Under the pieces are notes generated by a model. It worked only from the letters and a program-made list of their open reading frames with translations, was not told the DNA's origin and did not search any database. Positions 1-11,135 of a stretch of 64,000 nt of DNA are shown one piece after another (positions within the stretch are counted from its first letter, which is position 1; each line of letters starts with the position of its first letter). Origin of the DNA: Schizochytrium sp. TIO01 (taxonomy: Eukaryota; Protista; Bigyra: Labyrinthulomycetes); assembly GCA_004764695.1 (NCBI GenBank), contig SMSO01000032.1, positions 4,744,483 through 4,808,482 of the forward strand, given 5' to 3'. The translations under genes and the position numbers were made by a program.

Positions 1-437
1 ATTGTAAACACTTTGGCGACGCGGTCAGATTCTTCGATCCATCAATCCAACCTCGGACCATAACATAATTTTTCCCGGCGAGCTTGAGCCTCCGAACTTT
101 TGGATCAGCAAACTGATACGCCTGCATAGCTCTTCTCAATGCATTTTGTCGCAAATCTAATTCACGTAAAGCCATCTCTTCTCACTGGTGTAAGAACTCC
201 AAGTAAGCATCAACATTTTCATAAAGCCATTTATACGGCCAAGATTGCTGTTCGAATAACTCCTCATCCTTATCCTCATCCGCTGCCTCTTCAAACCGTT
301 TGATCGCGTCCTTAACTTTTCTCAAGCTTCTAATCCACATCAAACTTTTGCTGGTTTGCTGGGCAACCCGGCACTCGCTCTCAGTTTCGTCTATAAGCTC
401 ATCTGCTTGATGATCAACTCGTCCACAGGAATAGTTC
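1..437 (-). other. Possible coding segment running off the window start, interrupted by one in-frame TGA at 182-184 (partial gene or pseudogene)
   Basis: My manual translation of the minus strand reads NYSCGRVDHQADELIDETESEC...WPYKWLYENVDAYLEFLHQ*EEMALRELDLRQNALRRAMQAYQF... and stays open to base 1. An in-frame ATG lies at 175. No family recognised. Confidence 0.35.
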
Positions 438-695
438 TAAAGGCCCAGTACTGACTGACCTTGTCACCGGTCTGTGAGTGTTTCGGTTCCTCGTACCTCT
501 TCGCGAGCCCTATGGCGTGTCTCCAGTCGTGCGGTTCTGCTCTTTCCCCTGGGTACCTTATCTTTTCTGCTCTTGGTTGAAAAGGGTACTCTAGGTACCT
601 TGGTAGTACACATATTTTATTTAGATATCAAGCTCAAGTACTTCAAACCGCAAACAGAGGCCCCTCCTGCAAGCCTCCAGGAAGTGCAAAGGACC

Positions 696-2873
696 ATGTC
701 TGCGTCGCCATCATGGGTTACAGTGGCGGCCTTTGCGGTCGCCTCTACTACCGTTTTACTGCGCGCTCGGAGTCTCGAGATCGGCAAGACCGTCCGCAAC
801 CAGGTCCAGGGCGGCCCTGTTAACACGGAGTCCACTGCACCCAAGGCGGAGTATAGCTCTCAAAACCTCGGAGACGACGACCACTCGCAGTCGGAGCCAA
901 ATGAAATCATCGCAGGTTCGGCAAAGACCCATCTCAGCGGCCCTGCGACACGCGCTGCTCATGAGGCGGCGATTCCCGATGAGCTAGTAGCCAAGATTCC
1001 TGATCGAGAGAAGCGCGTTTTGTGCTTTTTCTTAGACTTTTTCAAGTGGAGCGAAATGCCGATTGATGCGGTGCTGATTAATGGTGGATATGTGCGTGAT
1101 CTTTTGCTCAACAAACATCCAGATGACTTGGACATTAGTCTGTGTCTAAGTGATTGCAGCGAGGACGTCACAGTGAGCTCCATTCTCCTGGAGATGCCAA
1201 ATTTCATTGCTGAGATTGGCGCGGAAAAGGTTTTAGAGATTTACGGGTTTTCGACCTTCAAGTCTGTGGATATTCAAGGAGATGTTACGAAGGACAAGAA
1301 TTTGGATACTGCTAAAGCCGTATTCGGATACGCAGAGGCTGGTGAACCACCCCTTGATGTCGATGTCATGCCAACTATTGGTGAAGAAAGCTATGATGAG
1401 GACAGCAACCGCATCCCCACTCGTGATCAACGCGGAACCCCTCTCCAAGATGCTCTTCGACGCGATCTGACCATTGGCGCGATGCTGGTCAAGGTGCAGA
1501 AACCGGAATCTGAAATCCGTGGTCTCGTTCCGCTGCAGTGGACACTACTTGATTATTATGGGGGGCTTGAGGACCTGCGCAATGCTGTCCTTCGCGCTCC
1601 TCACCCTCCTACAGTAGATGTGGATCTCCTTTTCTCGAAGGAGGATCGCATGCTTGCCAAGGCTGTTGGTTTAGATGTTTCTTCTGTCCAGGATGTGTGG
1701 TGGGTTAAAATTCTCCGCGATGATCCCCTGCGTATTGTTAGAGCTTTCCGTTTTGCTGCAAAACTGGACTTTCAAATTCACGAAAGTTTCTGGAAGGCTC
1801 TTCCATTTGCGCTGGACAGTCTGAAATCAAAGGTTGCAGGCTCACGTAAGATGACTGAAATCACCAAAATGGCAAAGTATGGCAATGAAAAGATCATTGG
1901 CCTCTTCAAGTTGTGCTTTCGAAAGCGTTTTATTCATGATGTGGAGGGCAACGAAACTTGCCTTGCAACTGGCATTTTCGGTGGTCAAGATTCAAACTCT
2001 GTGCCCCACTATCTTCCTCCCATTGAGCAATTTGCTAAGGAACGGTTTTTGCCTGTCGTTGAGGAGGCTATGCCAGATTCATCGGAAGTCTCTGCAGATG
2101 AGATTCTTGGTTGCTTTCTCGCCGTTGCAATGTTTTCAACCCGATTCAAGGACCACGAGAAATGGGAAGCTGATAATGCGGCAGCTGGTGTAATGTCTGT
2201 TCCCGAAGAGGCGTTTGACCGTGCTTGTAACGGGCTATCTACCTCCAACGACCTGCGCTCTGCTGGGATGCGGCTTCTCTCGTCTTATGAGCAATTACGT
2301 GTTATTCGCGATACCGAGAAGATGCAACCTACCCCTATAGACCTCATTTTTGGCAGCAGACTACCCACTGCAACTTTAAATGGCAGCGAGGAAAGCGATG
2401 CTGATGCTGGTCTGAAATTCCGTCGCTTGCGGTCTGTTTGGGAGGTACTTAACCTTGCAAAACAACCTGAACACTATGCCCACGAACTTATTGTCAGCAT
2501 GCTCTCACACGGTTCTGAGGTAAGTCGAGCTGCTTCTCCATTAGTACAAACCTACCTTAGCGATCTTCGCTCAGCACCACCAACCAATCTTTCAGGAAAG
2601 GGTGTGTCATCCCTGAAGCAAGTCCCTCCACACCTGCGTGGAACACTCATTACAAGTCTCCACATTCTCTGCAGAATGCGAGGTGAGACTGGAAACTTGG
2701 ACGCTCCCGGTGCCCTTGAGAACTTCATGCAGACGTCCTGCGAAAACCTTTTGACAGATCTTTTAGAAGAGTGGTTTGAAGCAGACTCCGGAGAACTCAA
2801 GCTCAAATACATGGCAGCGAATGCTGCGAAGAAGTCTGCAAAGAAAGCCAAGACGCCAAAGAAGAAGGCATAA
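696..2873 (+). CDS. Class II nucleotidyltransferase (tRNA CCA-adding enzyme / poly(A) polymerase head family)
   Basis: Motifs GGYVRDLLL..DDLD, DALRRDLTI, DYYGGLEDL and DDPLRIVRAFRFA are present. The first ATG is at 696; the ORF-track start at 474 is a GTG. Confidence 0.9.
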   Translation: MSASPSWVTVAAFAVASTTVLLRARSLEIGKTVRNQVQGGPVNTESTAPKAEYSSQNLGDDDHSQSEPNEIIAGSAKTHLSGPATRAAHEAAIPDELVAKIPDREKRVLCFFLDFFKWSEMPIDAVLINGGYVRDLLLNKHPDDLDISLCLSDCSEDVTVSSILLEMPNFIAEIGAEKVLEIYGFSTFKSVDIQGDVTKDKNLDTAKAVFGYAEAGEPPLDVDVMPTIGEESYDEDSNRIPTRDQRGTPLQDALRRDLTIGAMLVKVQKPESEIRGLVPLQWTLLDYYGGLEDLRNAVLRAPHPPTVDVDLLFSKEDRMLAKAVGLDVSSVQDVWWVKILRDDPLRIVRAFRFAAKLDFQIHESFWKALPFALDSLKSKVAGSRKMTEITKMAKYGNEKIIGLFKLCFRKRFIHDVEGNETCLATGIFGGQDSNSVPHYLPPIEQFAKERFLPVVEEAMPDSSEVSADEILGCFLAVAMFSTRFKDHEKWEADNAAAGVMSVPEEAFDRACNGLSTSNDLRSAGMRLLSSYEQLRVIRDTEKMQPTPIDLIFGSRLPTATLNGSEESDADAGLKFRRLRSVWEVLNLAKQPEHYAHELIVSMLSHGSEVSRAASPLVQTYLSDLRSAPPTNLSGKGVSSLKQVPPHLRGTLITSLHILCRMRGETGNLDAPGALENFMQTSCENLLTDLLEEWFEADSGELKLKYMAANAAKKSAKKAKTPKKKA

Positions 2874-3060
2874 ACTTTGAACATTCTTTAGGAAATTCAA
2901 GTTGAGAAGTTTGCGAAATGCTAAAATGCTAAGGCTCGCTAAAATGCAGTTCCCCTCAAACAACCATACATATAGACATTATTCAATAAACTAGATTTTC
3001 GTATGAAATTAATTTGTCTTGGCGATGTTAAAGATGCCCTTCTACCTCAATTTAAAATGT

Positions 3061-4173
3061 TTATGACTTCGAAAGTTTGCCTGAGACTTCTGTTGCCGCC
3101 CCGCGATCCACTTCCGAATGGGAATCAGCACTTTGTTGGTCTTCTTGTCGGGAATTATCAGGCTCAGCAGAAGTTAATTCAATGCTTGTTGATTCTTTTT
3201 CTAGTTGAAGCTTTTCTAGCAAGTTCTGAAGACGTTTCGTAGCGCGTCGTCGAGTCTCATACGACCAGTACGCAAAACTACTTGCTAAGCAAAGCTGTGA
3301 CTTTAGTTCATGCAAACGCATCGCTTGCACACGTCTCATGACTCCAAGTCGTGAGAATGTTTTCCAGGCTATAAATACATGACGAATATGCATGGCTTCG
3401 ATTTCTTTGCGATAGATACGATGCGATCGATCAAAGATAGCGCGAAATCCAATCGCTCGTACGCGGCGATATCTATCCATCTCCTTATCAGCCATTCGCC
3501 CACACTTTAGGCAGAGAGGAGGACCTCGAAAACAAATATCCTCTAATGTTTGCTGATGTAGTGCGGGCCGAATAGTGGCGCATGCTTGAGCTGACAGTGG
3601 GTAGCGAGAATGCTGCAGAGTCTTTGATTTCGCATTGTAGCCTGTTTTCAAAGCTACATTTGGATTATCGAAAGAGTTATAACTAGGTACAAAAGACGGC
3701 GCCGTAGACTGGGACGGGGCAGTTTTGGGTCGAGGAATATCCTCCAATAAGCCAGTACCTTTCATTTTATAAGCTTTATCAGATTTGTACTCATCGTTTG
3801 CACTCAATTGGTTGCTGCTTTTGCCATTTTCAGGCTTTCTTGCTGAATTTGGTACAAAACACTGGCTTAACACTTGGGAAACTTGACGCGCACGTTTGCG
3901 AGGCGCCCTAGACTTACTGAAAGGAACGGAGCCATTGCAAGAATATGCCTTTGGACGAATGCTACTCCTCTGCCCAGTCTTCATCGCAAACACCTCACGA
4001 CTTGTAGAAAGAGTATCATCGAGATCATCTCCAAGCACTGACTCAAAATCAGGATCACTCACCGCACTTTCTGATACAGGTCGAATTTGCCTGCGTGATG
4101 GTTTGAATATAAGGATTGGTGCGCTTTCATCCTCCTCACGACGGCCTTGATTGGTGACATTCCTGCGACTCAT
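3061..4173 (-). CDS. Hypothetical protein with two Sfi1/POC5-like centrin-binding-type repeats
   Basis: 370-aa ORF from ATG 4173. The C-terminal helical part contains IRHVFIAWK and LASSFAYWS (F-x-x-W pattern). The product call is inference. Confidence 0.6.
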   Translation of the reverse strand: MSRRNVTNQGRREEDESAPILIFKPSRRQIRPVSESAVSDPDFESVLGDDLDDTLSTSREVFAMKTGQRSSIRPKAYSCNGSVPFSKSRAPRKRARQVSQVLSQCFVPNSARKPENGKSSNQLSANDEYKSDKAYKMKGTGLLEDIPRPKTAPSQSTAPSFVPSYNSFDNPNVALKTGYNAKSKTLQHSRYPLSAQACATIRPALHQQTLEDICFRGPPLCLKCGRMADKEMDRYRRVRAIGFRAIFDRSHRIYRKEIEAMHIRHVFIAWKTFSRLGVMRRVQAMRLHELKSQLCLASSFAYWSYETRRRATKRLQNLLEKLQLEKESTSIELTSAEPDNSRQEDQQSADSHSEVDRGAATEVSGKLSKS

Positions 4174-4661
4174 GTGTCCCTCGACAAGCTTGCGCTTCAA
4201 ACGCAGTTAGTGTTGGAGTCTAAAGAGCCAAGATATGGTTTTAAGGTAAAAATATAAATGGTAAGTGGGCACTGTCAAACTTTGCAAATGGTTCGGGTGA
4301 GAAAACTTTGCCTACTCTTTGCAATAATTTAGCTGTTCCAGTGTAGGGTAAAGATGCACCCACCTAGTACATTGCTTGCTTGCATGCAGTTGAAGTGGTC
4401 CGCCTTAAGGGACAAACCCATATGATTCTGTAACTAGTACAACAATCCTAAAGAAATAAGAGCAGCATCAATCTGTCCGTCACACAGTCGGATTGCTTCT
4501 TGCAGGTGCGACCTACCAATGTGCGCTCTCTGCGCCCCCCAAGTTGTTAAAAAACGAAGATCCGGTAACCCTTGGGTTGATAATAGTTTAACAAAGAGAA
4601 CTCTTTTAGTGCAAGCGCAAGAGTGCGTACTAAAGTATTTGGTTTCCTTCCACGTACCTAC

Positions 4662-4681
4662 CTACCTAGGTACCTAGGTAG
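4662..4681. promoter_or_regulatory. Perfect 20-bp palindrome CTACCTAGGTACCTAGGTAG in a divergent intergenic region
   Basis: Self-complementarity checked by eye. It lies between the starts of the 4173(-) and 4884(+) genes. Confidence 0.4.
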
Positions 4682-4883
4682 TAAGTATATTGCAAGAAGT
4701 TGTGCTAATATAGGTTTCTTCTGAGTTGTATGTCGCCCGCGCATGTTGTGGCCTTTACTAAATCTGACCGGTGGCTTTCTGTGTTGAACATCTACTGCAT
4801 GAGATTGGTTCGGGCGAGTCTGCCTTTATAGAGTAAAGCTGCAGACCCAAGGGAAGAAGGATACAGCTGCATGCGCTGGGGTA

Positions 4884-5906
4884 ATGCAAGACTTGAATAC
4901 TGCGCCAGCCTTTGAGCTTGTGCAGTCATGTCTTGCTGATATGAATCGAGCGAAACAACGTGCCAGAGCGATTCGGAAGGGTCGTCGCGTAAGTTCTCTT
5001 AGCAGCGGAGCAAGTCTTCCCAGCAATAACATCCAATCGCACGTATTACATCAGCCCTTTTGGGGCGTGGATAAAACAATGGTAGCTGCAGAGAGAAAAG
5101 ACCAAGCCGGCAGCTCATCTTTAAATATCAATTACTACCCATCAAAGTCTTCGCAGGATAAACGTTCTGAGGACTTAACTTTTGGATTTTCACCGCAAGC
5201 GCCACCACCATCAAGCAATACACCTTTGCGATCTCGTGGATCAAGATCTCTCGCGAATGCTGGACTTCAACAGATTTCGCAAAATCACAACAATGTTACA
5301 CCCGCTCAAGAAGATGATACATGCAGAGAACCCGTTGAGGCTCTTCTGAAGAGATTTGCAAATGAAGTTGCACGGTGGCGACAATCGAACAGACAGAACC
5401 CAACCCCGGATATTTTTGCATTACATCTGAAAGAAACTTATATCGATGAGGAGCTTAGTAGTATGGCATCATCGAAGATGGTTCTTATTGCACGCAAGGC
5501 CATTGCCCTGGAGATTTCTAAAATAGCTAAACTCAAAGCAAACCAAAATACAGAAAAGACTGTTACGGGCTTAAATGGAAATACAAAGAGTGTGGACCCG
5601 CGAATGCTCTCCCAGGAAGTTTCGAGTGAAGATCAGTCAAAACTTGAACATCATAGATGGAAGATTGATGAACCATCAGGTACAAATACGAACAGAGCGT
5701 CAAATGGAAATGTGCCAACAAAATTCACGGGACTAACATCATCCCCAGGTAACAGTATTCAACAAACGATAGGCAACTTCCCTGCAGGAAATGCCTCAAT
5801 GAGTGGACTTTCATTTGACCAGCTTCTTGCAATGTGTGAAACCCAACAAACTACTCTGCAGCAAATGATGAAGAATAACAATACAAGTGCTCTACCACGT
5901 ACTTAA
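4884..5906 (+). CDS. Hypothetical protein (largely low complexity)
   Basis: 340-aa ATG-initiated ORF, convergent with the next gene. No recognised domain. Confidence 0.7.
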   Translation: MQDLNTAPAFELVQSCLADMNRAKQRARAIRKGRRVSSLSSGASLPSNNIQSHVLHQPFWGVDKTMVAAERKDQAGSSSLNINYYPSKSSQDKRSEDLTFGFSPQAPPPSSNTPLRSRGSRSLANAGLQQISQNHNNVTPAQEDDTCREPVEALLKRFANEVARWRQSNRQNPTPDIFALHLKETYIDEELSSMASSKMVLIARKAIALEISKIAKLKANQNTEKTVTGLNGNTKSVDPRMLSQEVSSEDQSKLEHHRWKIDEPSGTNTNRASNGNVPTKFTGLTSSPGNSIQQTIGNFPAGNASMSGLSFDQLLAMCETQQTTLQQMMKNNNTSALPRT

Positions 5907-6050
5907 TTCTCCTTTTTATTATTATTAAATGTGTATAATCTTTGTATCCTACATTCATCAACAATCTATTATTCATCTCTGTTATGGAGATCAAACATAG
6001 ACAACTTTGTATTGTCACAATGGAACAAAGTCGTGGCTCAAAGTTCAGGC

Positions 6051-7046
6051 TCAAAGTTCAGGCTCAAAAGAAGCGTCAGGAGACCCTTGTTTTACTTGAT
6101 CAATGTATGCGTCGATGTTGAATGTGATGTTATGCATCACTGATGGATGTTTCCGAAGAATATCTAAACATTCATAAAAATCCAGTACTCCGTTTCTGTC
6201 TTTGTCTGCCTCCCAAAAATGTTTTTTCACCCACGTATATAACTTGTCCTGTCGCTCTTCTGTTTCACAGTGAGCAGTCAGTAATTCCATAAGTTCTGGG
6301 TGGGAAATAGACCCATCTCCATCGCGATCTACCACCTGAAAGAGTATAAGGAGTCGATCTTCAGGGCGTCCCTGACGAGCAACTTGCACAATTCCCTGTA
6401 CATAGTCCTCAAACTCTAAACGATCTGCATCTCTGTTTAGCTGCGCAACGCATGTAGGAAAAACATGAGTGGCCTCAATTAGTTAGTCAATATCCCACTA
6501 CACTAACTTCAAATCTTCCGAATATACTCTATTTGTAGAAAAAAATCGCGAAGTAATTTCACGTACCTTGTCAGCGCTTCCGTCATAAGGAAAGGGGTGA
6601 TTTCCAGAGAAAAAGGATTCTCCAAATTTTCTTGCAACATCGCGAAGTTCTTCGTGGAAATCTTCCTGTAATTTTGTTTGCCCATGATCAAAGTACTCCA
6701 GGTTAAGTGATTGAGCAATACTTTCAGGCTTGAGAGGCTCTAAAACATTTCGATAGTGTTGATAGAGAGCTTTGGCTTGTGCGTAAGTAATATTCTGTTT
6801 TTTTGCTACGTTTCGTAGTTGCTGCTTAATACGTTCTTGTTCAATTGCGCGAACACTTGTGGCAGCCTGGCGCGCCTTGACCTCAGCAGCCTGGCGTTTT
6901 TTTACATCCACTGGGTTTTCTAGGAGATTATTCCGAGCGCTCGGCGAAGCAGCCCTTTTCGGAGGAGGCTCTTGCGAGCGGCCATTTCGCTTAGTCACCT
7001 TTGCGTCGACACGCTTGCGCTCACGCAAACGATTGAAGCGCTTCAT
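6051..7046 (-). CDS. EF-hand calcium-binding protein (calcineurin B / neuronal calcium sensor-like C-terminus), two exons: 7046-6508 and 6432-6051
   Basis: EF loops DRDGDGSISHPE and DKDRNGVLDFYE. A predicted intron 6433-6507 (donor GTTAGT, branch GACTAAC, acceptor AAACAG) joins the two track ORFs in frame (..SEDLKDADRLEFEDY..), giving 306 aa. Confidence 0.8.
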
Positions 7047-7703
7047 GGAGACGCGTGTGGGCTGAAGAATTTATGATTGTAACGATCTGGGATTGATGTA
7101 GCCTCTGAGAAATGAAATAATGTTGTTTATCATTGTGGTATTAAAAGCAGAGAAAAGAAATGAAATTGTGCATTCTCAATATTAAAAATAGTTTTCTCAA
7201 AGCAGTATGACCGTTACACTTTTATAAATTTGCTCTCGCAAAAATAAAAACCAACTACGAACTAAATGGTAAAGCTGCATGGACAGGAGAGGGTAGATGA
7301 TCATCAAGTAACAAAGGATGAGTTCCGAGCCAGGTTGGACTGCATTGCTTTGTAAAACTTGAGAAAAAAATTTCTTCACAAAATAAGAATAATGAAATTG
7401 ATAATAATAAATATTTATTTACCTTTAAACTGCACTTGGTGTCTTTGAGGAGGAGAGCTGAATAAGGATTTCATCTTAGACACCACCTTTTAATCCTAAA
7501 ATATATCCCAAGGCTGGGATAGGATCTACTTTAAATGTGGAAAACATTATACAGAGGCAGTAAATCTCCTATAGTAGTAATATTATGTACTATTTAAAAA
7601 ATTGTCTGTTTGAGAAAAGCATTTGTAGAAAAGAAGATTAAACGAAAGATCCGGGTGATAGTAGATTTTTGTGTAATTAATTCAGGGAGCAGAGAACGGG
7701 TGA

Positions 7704-8519
7704 TCAGAGAAGGACAACAAGAGCCGTGACATTATCTGTACTGCCCCGATTAATGGCCTCGGCAACGAGATGTTGGGCCAAGGCATCTTGATTTACCTTA
7801 TTGTCGATAGTTTTCTTTACAAAGTCAACAGCTTCTTGGTCAGACATAACGTCCCAGACGCCGTCGCAGGCGACAATGATAAACTCATCAGAGCTGGTGA
7901 GACGAGTACGTGTAGTGTAGGGGCGAGCAACAACAAATTTTTTCATCGCATGATCGCCAAAGCTGCGAGATACAGAAAGAATTCCAAGAACGCGTTTACG
8001 AAGAATAAATCCGCCAGCGTCCTCTATCCTTTTCATCTCTACAGGATCAGATGCCTTGTGGTCATATGAGAGACGCTCTGCGATTTTACCCTCACGACAA
8101 AGCACAGCACGAGAGTCACCAATGTTTGCTGTGTAGAGAACGCGGCCTTGGTCCTTCTCCTCTCTCAATAAGCAGGTGACTGCAGTAGAACCTGAAACGG
8201 TAAGGCCGTGCGCACTCGTCTCGATATCGGTCACGAGAAAGGCACTGGTAAGGCACTCTTCCACGGAGCGTGTTTCTGGCTCGTGCTCCAGTTCAATCTT
8301 GAGGTTCTTTTCAAAGTTCTTGGCCAAATAGTCTACAACGCCGCGCCCTCCATGTCCATCAAAAACCGCGAAAAGTCCTTGAGTAGGCACGCCGGCAAAG
8401 CCATCGACCACAAGGTGTGCATCCTCCATGGTGTTTCTGCATGAAGGATTCATTTCCTCAAACTCTGAAACGGCGCGAACAGACCGCCAACTGTCAGCAT
8501 CAGGACTGGTGTTTAACAT
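7704..8519 (-). CDS. Protein phosphatase 2C (PPM family)
   Basis: Motifs MEDAH, FDGHGG, ANIGDSRAVL, SRSFGD, ACDGVWD and GSTDNVT. Confidence 0.95.
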   Translation of the reverse strand: MLNTSPDADSWRSVRAVSEFEEMNPSCRNTMEDAHLVVDGFAGVPTQGLFAVFDGHGGRGVVDYLAKNFEKNLKIELEHEPETRSVEECLTSAFLVTDIETSAHGLTVSGSTAVTCLLREEKDQGRVLYTANIGDSRAVLCREGKIAERLSYDHKASDPVEMKRIEDAGGFILRKRVLGILSVSRSFGDHAMKKFVVARPYTTRTRLTSSDEFIIVACDGVWDVMSDQEAVDFVKKTIDNKVNQDALAQHLVAEAINRGSTDNVTALVVLL

Positions 8520-9387
8520 CTTGGAAGGGAAATACGAGATGTTGTGATTGCTTTAGATTGTCGAGGCGTTCCTTTCAAATACCTCTCCTTTCAGCTATTA
8601 TTGGACCTAAAGGTAGGATGCTAGATTCTTCAACAAAAGAAGAAGAGAGTCACAGAAGAATTTGGGTTACAATACCCTCAATATTCTCGTCTCTTCAAGT
8701 CTGAAACTCGTCGTTTCCTTATGCTTCACGAGTCTGTTGCCGCCCCTTGGTACACAGGTTTCAGTCGTCAACTTTCTGCCTTTTCCGCCGTTTGACGTTA
8801 TTGGAGTATTTATCCAACTCGGGGAGCACGATTTCGTTCTTTCCTCTCCGAGGAAACGTTTCTTTCAGGAATAAAGAGAATCCAGACAATGATGCTGCAA
8901 CGCCTTCTCTTATTCTCCCTTCTCTGTCTCAGCTCCACCAGTTGCCCTCCCACTCGGCGTTCACGAGCGACGTTCCTCGTGCCGATCGATAAATGATTGA
9001 TTCCCTCGCAATCTCCAGAAATCGAGAAACTGACGATCCCTCTATAACCTATAGTATGTCAAGTTAACTATACTATCTTATTCTCCACTGTAACGTGCTA
9101 TACTGAGCTTTGTACGGCTTCTATAATCCACTTACCAGAACCACACTGGGTCACTATTATAAATGGTATTCATCTCGAATAGTTTAGTTTAGGATACTAT
9201 AAACTATTGGTTGGGCCGCCGTATAACGTAGTTTCTATACTATAGGTTATAGCGGGACGCCCGGCGACTTCACCAAGGACGGTAGTGCGCAGGTTTTTGA
9301 AGACAGCGATGTGGATACCTTGAATGACTTCAAGGTCTGCAAACCCTTTACTACTTTGGATACTCCGCTTCAAGCTTGTTGTTTACG

Positions 9388-10200
9388 ATGGCCTTGCGAA
9401 GCGTGAGTGGCGTCGCTGCCAAGTTCGCAGAGGTTGTTCGCCCGCGCCACACGTCTCCAGCTCTGTGGCGTGGAGCGCTCCCGGATTTCGTAAGTGCTCG
9501 CAAACCCAAGAGCCAGGTAATCCAAACTCCTCGACGAGACGCGCACATAACCTGGGCCTGGGACATTCAAGAGCTTGGGGACCGTCTCAAGGACACAGGT
9601 GAAGATGAGTCCGCCATTTGTGAAGCCCTTTTGCCACGAGACGATTCTGAGAATTTCATTTCGCAATGGAAATCCGCCAAGAAATCTTTGAAGGTCGCGG
9701 ACGCACTCAAGGCAGTTGACAAAGATCGTATGCGGATGCAACTCCGCTTAGATCCTGCTCTCTTCTGGAGGGTCCACGAGCGCCTCCCTGACTTCTTTTA
9801 CGAGTCGCAGGATAGTCATGAAGCCTTCCAGGTCGCCTTTGAAAACAGTTTTGTCTGGGTCACTACTCCTGGGTTGAGAACTTCTCTGCACTCGGACGAA
9901 GATGCAGGCATCCTCTTCCACCTTTCGGGCCATAAGAGAGTCGTACTCATCCCCCCTTCTAGCTCGGATCGGGACCCGGAGCTACTCGAGCAGCTCATGC
10001 GTTATCGCTGGAAAGCTGGCAGTATTGAGGACCTCTACACGGACGAGATGGAGCCCAAGGTCGATCTTATCCATGTTGACCTGAACCCAGGAGACGCCTT
10101 GTACATTCCAAAACGTTGGCTTCACGACATTGAGAGCATTGATACGACAGTCTCCTTGGCGGTGCGCTTTTACTTAAAGAGCGAAAAAGACGAACAGTAG
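9388..10200 (+). CDS. JmjC / cupin-like 2-oxoglutarate-Fe(II) oxygenase
   Basis: HxD...H triad (TSLHSD ... PGDALYIPKRWLHDI) plus GHKRVVLIPP. First ATG at 9388. Confidence 0.85.
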   Translation: MALRSVSGVAAKFAEVVRPRHTSPALWRGALPDFVSARKPKSQVIQTPRRDAHITWAWDIQELGDRLKDTGEDESAICEALLPRDDSENFISQWKSAKKSLKVADALKAVDKDRMRMQLRLDPALFWRVHERLPDFFYESQDSHEAFQVAFENSFVWVTTPGLRTSLHSDEDAGILFHLSGHKRVVLIPPSSSDRDPELLEQLMRYRWKAGSIEDLYTDEMEPKVDLIHVDLNPGDALYIPKRWLHDIESIDTTVSLAVRFYLKSEKDEQ

Positions 10201-11108
10201 TCGTCGCCAGATAAGACGCCTCGTCTCGAGGATCATACTAGTATTACCAGGACCAGTTATTGCACATTAATACGTGATACATCGTCGGTTCTAAAGGCAG
10301 ATCAAGACCTGAAAAAAGGAAAAAATCCTGGGCTTTTGGAGCTGATTAGGGCAGTCCAAGCTTGCCTCTGTGTAAGACCCTGACCTTGGCAGCTGCAGCC
10401 AAATCCTACTATTATACATAGCTAAATGTGAACAGATACAGACTCTACTTTGAACAGTTTTGTTTCCCATACCTTTGACTCGTCAGATAATCTTCAAGAC
10501 AACCCATTATGCTGGCAACTGACTCACGCCATCGGCCAACTGAAAGAAAATGAATGAGACTTGCAGCTGATGGGGGTCTTTCGACGTGGAAGGTCTTGTC
10601 CCAGATACCTTCAGCAATTGCAGTCGAAGCTAGCGCGGGAATTCTTACTTGGTTTTTTCCGAAGGGCCATCCACCGATCAGGAGCGATGGAATTGTTTGC
10701 GAGCTTCCAGCAGTGCACGGATTATTATCGCACAGAAATATTCTGCCTACTTATCTGGTTTGGCTTGAGCTTTTACCCCAGTAAGAAGATCGATAGGAGT
10801 ATTTCTGCCTATTAAGCATAGAGCTACCGCAGAGCTTGAGCGCAAGGTATTTTACCGTGTTTCAACAGCTAAATGATAGCTCACACAGAAGGAGATTCCC
10901 ACGGATTAGTGCCGAAATCAATATCTGCCTTTATCGTGCATAACCTATATCGTTCACAAACAAAAACCTAATGCTGCTCAAAGCTAGCGTTAAAGAAATA
11001 GAAAAGCAGAGCGAAGTAGGTGTGCTCTTGACCCATGAAAGAACCTATTTCTAAGGCCTCGAGGGTTCGGTCCTTATTTTGACACTTGTTTAAAGTTGCT
11101 CCCTGTCT

Positions 11109-11135
11109 AAGCAAGCAAGCAAGCAAGCAAGCAAG
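11109..11135. repeat. (AAGC)n microsatellite
   Basis: Direct reading. Confidence 0.9.

Noticed and set aside
474-695. N-terminal extensions from GTG/TTG starts in the ORF track (also 29387, 35217, 38907, 52587, 56088)
   Set aside because: The locus is eukaryotic, so the first in-frame ATG was used. Some extensions run into predicted introns.
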